From an uncultured Acidobacteriota bacterium (lineage in GTDB: Bacteria; Acidobacteriota; Vicinamibacteria; Vicinamibacterales; UBA8438), in assembly GCA_913043225.1 (NCBI GenBank), contig CAJWLU010000010.1:73277-137276 (forward strand): 64,000 bases of DNA. Reading direction: 5' to 3'. The notes under the pieces are model-generated. The model searched no databases. It worked only from the letters and a program-made list of their open reading frames with translations, and was not told where the DNA came from. The position numbers and the translations under genes are program-made. Shown piece by piece: positions 58,310-64,000 of this stretch; the first letter of the stretch is position 1, and every line of letters begins with the position of its first letter.

Positions 58310-59392
58310 TTACGGCGCCGCCCAGATCGGTCGAGCGAACTCGACGTGCGCCAGAATGCGGTACGAGTAGTCGTGGAACGTATCGACCCTGTGGATGCGG
58401 GCCGAGAGCTCGACGCCGACCTCATCCGCCGGCTGTAAGATCCGGGTGAGCCCGGCCTCGAAGTAGTGACGGAGTCTGGTCAACCGGCCGTCACCACGGC
58501 GGGCGCCGTAGTGGTTGTCGCTTTCTTCCTTGACGAAATCACGTGACCGCCACGCGATGAAGTGGGAGCGCCAGCCCGCTTTCTCCGCAGCCCAGCGGGT
58601 GAACACGCCGAACCCGGTTTCCGCGTTCTCGAGTGCCGCACGATTCGGCACATCACGTGCCACCAGCCCGTGGATCTCGACGGTTTGCTTGTCGAACGGT
58701 CCGTTCGGCAGGCGGACCACGAATCCTGGGCCGCCGGCCCAGCTGTCGCCCACTGGTCCCGAGTCGAACAGCTGGCCGCCGTGATGCACGAGGTGGAACT
58801 GATAGCTCAGGCTGATTGGCAGACGGACGTCGGTGAAGAGCGCCAGCTCGCCGCGAAGACCGCCGTCGAATGCCTCTCGATGCATCTCGGTGTTGAGTTG
58901 CTGCCAGTTGAGCCAGATCTCCTGCTCGACCCGGTCGCTGTCGAAGAACCACTGAAGCCCGGCTTCATTGGGGCGGGTGAAAGCGAGTGTTTCTCGTTGG
59001 AGCGGGGGGAGCAGTTCGTGCGGCCCGCCCTGATCCGGTCCCGTGGCGCCATAGCGGGCAGTGTCGAGGGAGCCGAAGATGAACCGAGAGTGACCGCTAC
59101 GCAGATGGAGGGCGATTACGGGCCGGACCGTGCGGAATGCATCCTCGTCACCGAAGGCATGGTTGCCGAAGACTCCAGCCCGGACGGTGACCTGATCATT
59201 GAGGTCGACGTCCATGAAGACTCGACCCTCGGACCCCAGCAGGGTCTCGCCCTCCCGCCATGGATTGAAGAACTCGGTGTTGTCGCCGTAGAAGGTCAGG
59301 TCGGCCCCGAGCGAGATCCGCTCCTGTGGGTGGGCGTCGATGGCTGCCAGTGCGATGATTCCCGTCAGCGCGACGGTAGTAAGGTGCCGCAT
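58310..59392 (-). CDS. Hypothetical outer-membrane beta-barrel protein
   Basis: Signal peptide; aromatic alternating beta-strand pattern. Confidence 0.72.
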   Translation of the reverse strand: MRHLTTVALTGIIALAAIDAHPQERISLGADLTFYGDNTEFFNPWREGETLLGSEGRVFMDVDLNDQVTVRAGVFGNHAFGDEDAFRTVRPVIALHLRSGHSRFIFGSLDTARYGATGPDQGGPHELLPPLQRETLAFTRPNEAGLQWFFDSDRVEQEIWLNWQQLNTEMHREAFDGGLRGELALFTDVRLPISLSYQFHLVHHGGQLFDSGPVGDSWAGGPGFVVRLPNGPFDKQTVEIHGLVARDVPNRAALENAETGFGVFTRWAAEKAGWRSHFIAWRSRDFVKEESDNHYGARRGDGRLTRLRHYFEAGLTRILQPADEVGVELSARIHRVDTFHDYSYRILAHVEFARPIWAAP

Positions 59393-59502
59393 GGGGACGC
59401 GGGATTATACAGGCAGAACCTTTTCCCGGGACGAACCGTATACCGGAATAAAGAGAGGCGATCGAGACGGGCAGATGCCTGACTTGGATAGGGGAGAGCA
59501 GT

Positions 59503-60081
59503 ATGAACACTCGACGCATCTGGTCGACGGCAGTTTTCTGGACCATGGTCGCGGCGATCGTCGGGACTATGGTAGGTGCTCTGGCGGCTGAGCAGGCCCA
59601 GGGACCAGAGCTCTGGATTCACGTGGAGGTCACCAGTGATAACGGCGAGAACATGAGCTTGAACCTGCCGTTGGCCGCCATTGAGGCCGTGATTGCGCTG
59701 GCCCCAGGTACCATCGTCGCTGACGGACAGCTCCAGCTCGGATCCGAGCTGGAGGTGCCGGTAGCCGCTATTCGCGGTGTCTGGCAGGAGCTGCGCGATG
59801 TGGGTGACGTCGAGTTCGCAACCCTGCAGCACGAGGGTAACGACGTTCGCATTGCCCGTGAGAGCGAGACGGTAATGGTTGACGTCAATGCCGGCGCCGA
59901 TGAAGCGGTGCGGGTTGAGGTCCCGGTGCCCGTCGTGGATGCGCTGCTGTCCGGCGACGGCGACATGCTCGACATTCGCGCCGCGGTGGCGCAGCTGAGC
60001 ACGATGCGGGGCGAGATGCTGCGCGTGGTCGAGGCCGACAGTAACATCCGCGTCTGGATCGACGAGAGTCCGACCCAGTAG
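59503..60081 (+). CDS. Secreted hypothetical protein (two-repeat)
   Basis: GGAGAG RBS, signal peptide; internal repeat LNLPLAAIEA / VEVPVPVVDA. Confidence 0.78.
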   Translation: MNTRRIWSTAVFWTMVAAIVGTMVGALAAEQAQGPELWIHVEVTSDNGENMSLNLPLAAIEAVIALAPGTIVADGQLQLGSELEVPVAAIRGVWQELRDVGDVEFATLQHEGNDVRIARESETVMVDVNAGADEAVRVEVPVPVVDALLSGDGDMLDIRAAVAQLSTMRGEMLRVVEADSNIRVWIDESPTQ

Positions 60082-60105
60082 TCCGGCGTTAAACGTTTTT
60101 CGGCT

Positions 60106-60143
60106 TGCGAGGGGTGGTTCTGATTTCCGGGCCACCCCTCGCA
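60106..60143 (+). terminator. Hairpin downstream of 59503-60081
   Basis: TGCGAGGGGTGG / CCACCCCTCGCA 12-bp stem; no clear U tail on the + strand. Confidence 0.5.
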
Positions 60144-60196
60144 GCGTACGGGCCCCTCCTGGACCAATCAGTTACCATAGAAGAAGATCGGCGGGC

Positions 60197-60676
60197 ATGA
60201 CTGACGACGAGCGATTCATGCGCGAAGCGCTCGCCGGGGCCCGCGAGGCCGCGGCACGGGACGAGGTCCCGGTCGGGGCCGTAGTTGTGCTCGGCGGGGA
60301 CATCGTCGGCCGGGGAGCTAATCGGTCGATCACGACGGTGGATCCCACCGCGCACGCCGAGATCGACGCGCTGCGTGACGCGGCCCGCGCGGTAGGCAAC
60401 TACCGGCTAACGGGGGCTACGGTGGTCGTCACCGTCGAGCCTTGTCTGATGTGCGCCGGCGCGCTGGTGCATGCCCGGGTCGGCCGCCTGGTCTACGGCG
60501 CGCCCGAACCGAAGGCGGGCGCGGCGGTATCGGTGCTCGCGGTGCTGGGGAACCCGGCGCTCAATCACCGCGTGGCGGTGCAGGGTGGGGTGCTCGAGCA
60601 GGAATGCCGCGAGTTGATGCAGGCGTTCTTCGCCACCCGGCGCGGCATGGAACGAAGCCGGTCGCGCACCGGATGA
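60197..60676 (+). CDS. tadA: tRNA adenosine(34) deaminase
   Basis: EVPVGAV, DPTAHAE, NYRL, EPCLMCAGA, LNH, FF. Confidence 0.94.
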   Translation: MTDDERFMREALAGAREAAARDEVPVGAVVVLGGDIVGRGANRSITTVDPTAHAEIDALRDAARAVGNYRLTGATVVVTVEPCLMCAGALVHARVGRLVYGAPEPKAGAAVSVLAVLGNPALNHRVAVQGGVLEQECRELMQAFFATRRGMERSRSRTG

Positions 60677-60685
60677 ACGTCTTGC

Positions 60686-60776
60686 GGAGAGGTACCGAAG
60701 TGGTCGTAACGGGGGCGCCTCGAAAGCGTCTTGTCGGGTAACCGGCACGTGGGTTCGAATCCCACCCTCTCCGCCA
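60686..60776 (+). tRNA. tRNA-Ser (CGA)
   Basis: GGAGAGG/CCTCTCC acceptor, GGCGC-CTCGAAA-GCGTC anticodon arm, long variable arm, TTCGAAT, GCCA end. Confidence 0.96.
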
Positions 60777-60788
60777 CTTTCCCGGAAT

Positions 60789-60819
60789 GAAACGAGGCCC
60801 ACCCGATGGGCCTCGTTTC
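60789..60819. terminator. Perfect 13-bp hairpin after tRNA-Ser (possibly a bidirectional terminator)
   Basis: GAAACGAGGCCCA-cccga-TGGGCCTCGTTTC. Confidence 0.7.
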
Positions 60820-60834
60820 GCGTACGCTTCCCGC

Positions 60835-60987
60835 TCAGTCCCGAATGAAGGTTCCTGCTCGAAGCTCCTCGAACGCGTGACGGAGCTCGTTCTGGGTGTT
60901 CATCACGATCGGTTGCCAGGCCATGGGCTCCTTGAGCGGCATGCCTGACACGAGCAGGAACTGGACGCCGTCATCGCCGAGCCCGAC
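60835..60987 (-). pseudogene. 3' remnant of a pirin-family gene
   Basis: The minus frame reads VGLGDDGVQFLLVSGMPLKEPMAWQPIVMNTQNELRHAFEELRAGTFIRD*, matching the pirin C-terminus (G.PL.EP..W.GP.VMNT). The upstream part is missing. Confidence 0.7.
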
Positions 60988-61016
60988 CCCGTGCCTCCCC
61001 GGCTATACTGACCGCC

Positions 61017-63068
61017 ATGCATCGATACTGGCGGTGGTGCGTCTGTCTGTTGGTCCTGTCGTGGTCAGCGTTGGCCGGAGCGCAGACTGGCGCTCGGGAT
61101 GGTGAGTGGTCGACCTATGGCGGCGATCTGGGGCACACCAGATACGCGCCGCTCTCGCAGATTGCGGCCGACAACTTCGCCGATCTCGAAGTTGCTTGGC
61201 GCTTCAAGACCGACAACCTTGGGCCGACTCCCGAGTTCCGCTTTCAGTCGACCCCGCTGGTTGTCGATAGGGTGCTCTACTCAACCGCCGGATCACGTCG
61301 GGCGGTAGTCGCCCTCGATGCGACGACCGGCGAGCTCAAGTGGGTCTACAGTCTGGACGAGGGCGACCGCGGAGTAGCTGCCCCCCGTCGGTTGTCTGGC
61401 CGGGGCCTGGCCTATTGGCCTGGCGACGACTCCACACCGCCTCGCGTTGTGTTCGTGACCCCAGGCTACCGATTAATAGCTCTCGACGTGTCGACCGGGC
61501 AGCCCGTGACCAGCTTCGGGGATGAGGGCATGGTCGACCTGAAGCGGGATAACGACCAGGCGATCGATCCGGTCACCGGCGAGGTTGGACTGCACGCTAC
61601 GCCGATCGTGGCTGACGACGTAATCATTGTGGGGGCCGCGCATCGGACCGGCGGTAACCCGCGGAGTCGCGCGAACGTCAAGGGTTACGTGCGGGGCTAC
61701 GATGCCCGAACGGGCGAACGCCTTTGGATCTTCCACACGATCCCGCGTCCCGGGCAGCCGGGTCGTGAGACCTGGCTCAGTGACTCGGCGATCTATACCG
61801 GCAACACGGGTGTTTGGGCCCAGATCTCAGTCGACCCCGACCTGGGGCTAGTGTACCTGCCGGTCGAGGCGGCGACCGGCGACTATTTCGGGGCCAACCG
61901 TCCCGGCGACAACCTGTTTGCCGAGAGTCTGGTTGCCGTTGACTTGCATACGGGGGAGCGTCGGTGGCACTACCAGCTGGTACATCACGGTATCTGGGAC
62001 CACGACATCCCGTGTGCCCCCATCCTGGTCGACATCACGGTCGACGGCCGGGAGATCAAGGCCGTGGCGCAGCCGACCAAGCAGGTGTTCCTCTATGTTT
62101 TCGATCGTGAGACGGGAGAGCCGGTGTGGCCGATCGAGGAGCAGCCGGTGCCGGCAGGCGATGTGCCTGGAGAGTGGTACTCGCCCACGCAGCCGATCCC
62201 GTCCCGCCCGCCCGCCTACGACCGCCAGGGGGTGACCCTCGACGATCTGATCAACTTCACCCCTGAGCTGCGCACCGAAGCGACGGAGCGAGTGTCGCAT
62301 TACCAGACAGGCTCCATCTTCACCCCGCCCACGGTAAGTCGGCTGGAGGGCCCCCTGGGCACCCTGATCGCGCCGGCCCAGGGTGGGGGGACGAACTGGC
62401 CGGGTGGGTCGTACGACCCAGAAACCCAGATTCTCTATGTGTCCTCGAACAGCTCGGTCGGGTCGCTCGGGCTGATGCCGCCGTATCCGGGGCAGTCGGA
62501 CATGGACTACATCCAGGGCAACGCGGTCACGGGCCCGCGCACGAGCGGAGGCGCTGGGTCCGGCGTAGGGGGCGGGCGTACGGAGTTCGAAATTCCGCCC
62601 CGTCCGCCTATGTCTCCGGAGGTGCGCGAGCGGGCGCGGCTGACCATCCAGGGACTTCCTCTGTTGAAGCCGCCCTACGGTGTCATCAGCGCGATCGACC
62701 TTCGGCAGGGTGAGCTGCTGTGGCAGATCCCGCATGGCGAGACACCCGACTACATTCGTGGTCACCCCCTGCTGGCCGACCTCGACATTCCCCGGACCGG
62801 TCAGCCTGGGAGTGTCGGCACCCTTGTGACCGGGACGCTGCTGATCGCTGGGGATCCGCAGGTTCACACGACGCCGGACGGCGAGCGGGTGGCAATGCTC
62901 CGCGCCTATGACAAGGCCACCGGCGAGGAGGTCGGTGTCGTGGGTATGCCGGCGCCCCAGACTGGGTCGCCGATGACCTACGCGATCGACGGCGTGCAGT
63001 ATCTTGTGGTGGCCGTTAGTGGGGGTGGCTACTCCGGAGAGCTGATCGCCTATCGGGCTCCCATCTAG
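61017..63068 (+). CDS. PQQ-dependent (quinoprotein glucose dehydrogenase-like) dehydrogenase
   Basis: Signal peptide; WSTYGG..RYAPL.QI, HHGIWDHD, GGTNWPG, KPPYG, PMTYAIDGVQY. Confidence 0.92.
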   Translation: MHRYWRWCVCLLVLSWSALAGAQTGARDGEWSTYGGDLGHTRYAPLSQIAADNFADLEVAWRFKTDNLGPTPEFRFQSTPLVVDRVLYSTAGSRRAVVALDATTGELKWVYSLDEGDRGVAAPRRLSGRGLAYWPGDDSTPPRVVFVTPGYRLIALDVSTGQPVTSFGDEGMVDLKRDNDQAIDPVTGEVGLHATPIVADDVIIVGAAHRTGGNPRSRANVKGYVRGYDARTGERLWIFHTIPRPGQPGRETWLSDSAIYTGNTGVWAQISVDPDLGLVYLPVEAATGDYFGANRPGDNLFAESLVAVDLHTGERRWHYQLVHHGIWDHDIPCAPILVDITVDGREIKAVAQPTKQVFLYVFDRETGEPVWPIEEQPVPAGDVPGEWYSPTQPIPSRPPAYDRQGVTLDDLINFTPELRTEATERVSHYQTGSIFTPPTVSRLEGPLGTLIAPAQGGGTNWPGGSYDPETQILYVSSNSSVGSLGLMPPYPGQSDMDYIQGNAVTGPRTSGGAGSGVGGGRTEFEIPPRPPMSPEVRERARLTIQGLPLLKPPYGVISAIDLRQGELLWQIPHGETPDYIRGHPLLADLDIPRTGQPGSVGTLVTGTLLIAGDPQVHTTPDGERVAMLRAYDKATGEEVGVVGMPAPQTGSPMTYAIDGVQYLVVAVSGGGYSGELIAYRAPI

Positions 63069-63931
63069 CTGGCCGGGTTCGGCAGCGCGAGGTAGTCGTG
63101 ATTCCGGATGGGGGTCACGGTGTAGTCAAGCGCCTCGAGCTTGCTCCAAGTGGCATGAATCCGTGCCTTGGCGTCAGAGCTGGCCGTTTCGTAGTCTTCG
63201 CCGCCTAAGATCTCGAGCACGACCGCGGGACGGCTGCGCCGGATGGTCTCGATGGCGCCATCGAGTACTTCGTTCTCGTAGTGCTCCACGTCGATCTTGA
63301 CGAGCGAGACCGCTTCGAACTCGAAACTGTCGAGCGTTCGGAGCTCGGCTGGGTCGCCACCGGTACCCACGCCAGTGCCCGCCTCATTGCCCGGAGTCGC
63401 CGGGTTCATTTCAATGATGCGGGGCTCGCCCGCGCCCACCGCGAACCTGAGGGGTACCACATTTGTCAGACCGTTGAGCGCGAGGTTGTGGTGCAACTCT
63501 CGGAAGATCTTTCGTTGCGGCTCGAACGCGTAGACACGTCCGTGGGGGCCCACCCACTGCGCAATCGGCACGGTATGGGTGCCAATATGGGCGCCGACCT
63601 CGATGACGACCGAACCGGGTTCGACGTGGCGCTCGAGCAACTCGACCACGTGCGGTTCCCATACATCGCCGTTGATGATCCCCTGCTTGACCATGTCGCC
63701 GATGTTGTCGACGAAGAACCGGCCGATGTCGGGCACCTCGTACTGCTGATAGTTACCCAGGGGAAAGACGTTCACGTACCGGCGGACCTCATCGGTGTCG
63801 AAGAGGACGTGCGGCTCGGTGGCGATCACCGGAAGGGGACGGTAGCCGACCGGGGCGGGCGCGCAGGCGGCGACCAGGGCCCCGGCCACGGTGAGCACGG
63901 CCGAAAGTTGTCCGCGTCGGTGGCCAGTCAC
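63065..63931 (-). CDS. FkbM-family SAM methyltransferase with a lipoprotein-like signal
   Basis: EVGAHIGTH, VYAFEPQ, KIDVEHYE; N-terminal LVAAC. Confidence 0.85.
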   Translation of the reverse strand: MTGHRRGQLSAVLTVAGALVAACAPAPVGYRPLPVIATEPHVLFDTDEVRRYVNVFPLGNYQQYEVPDIGRFFVDNIGDMVKQGIINGDVWEPHVVELLERHVEPGSVVIEVGAHIGTHTVPIAQWVGPHGRVYAFEPQRKIFRELHHNLALNGLTNVVPLRFAVGAGEPRIIEMNPATPGNEAGTGVGTGGDPAELRTLDSFEFEAVSLVKIDVEHYENEVLDGAIETIRRSRPAVVLEILGGEDYETASSDAKARIHATWSKLEALDYTVTPIRNHDYLALPNPAS

Positions 63932-63947
63932 AACTGTTTGACGGAGA

Positions 63948-64000
63948 TGGCGGAGAGAGTGGGATTCGAACCCACGGTAGAGTTTCCCCTACACACGCTT
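63948..64000 (-). tRNA. tRNA-Ser, 3' half (anticodon outside the window)
   Basis: The minus strand reads AAGCGTGTGTAGGGGAAACTCTACCGTGGGTTCGAATCCCACTCTCTCCGCCA: long variable arm, T arm, G discriminator and CCA. Confidence 0.9.

Noticed and set aside
60197..60676. Functional clustering of tadA with its substrate tRNA-Arg(ACG) at 35224
   Set aside because: They are 25 kb apart and both are near-universal, so co-occurrence in the window is not informative.

Overview
GC-rich bacterial chromosome segment. Gene content and protein families suggest a marine Acidobacteriota (Vicinamibacterales-like) genome, which is an inference. It holds about 60 CDS and three tRNA loci: Arg-ACG, Ser-CGA and a partial second Ser. 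Main blocks: a two-domain multicopper oxidase/ZIP/cupredoxin metal module; a sulfur-carrier cysteine-synthesis plus Fe-S cluster (CysM-rhodanese, Mec/JAB, CysO-like, MoeB-rhodanese, Rrf2, IscS, IscA); trehalose synthesis (otsA, otsB); a cobalamin-riboswitch-led btu uptake operon with otsB embedded in it; mqnE, sodA and moeA/moaB; and a GH3 hexosaminidase. Downstream of tRNA-Arg is a mosaic, partly lower-GC accessory region (about 35.3-51.3 kb) with an ankyrin/DUF1592/DUF1552 triad and paralogous secreted Cys-containing proteins. The ORF track misses several things: (1) an ArsC-family selenoprotein whose catalytic Cys codon is an in-frame TGA followed by a bacterial SECIS-like hairpin (32309-32668); (2) an unassigned, highly structured ~200-nt RNA-like element upstream of a Tat-signal threonine-aldolase-like gene (56918-57129); (3) probable CTG starts; (4) five gene remnants. 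The window also encodes a heme-c-fused PHM/DBH-type copper monooxygenase and a separate PAL-like lipoprotein. No CRISPR array, rRNA, integrase or transposase was seen. Product calls come from motif recognition by eye, not from database searches.
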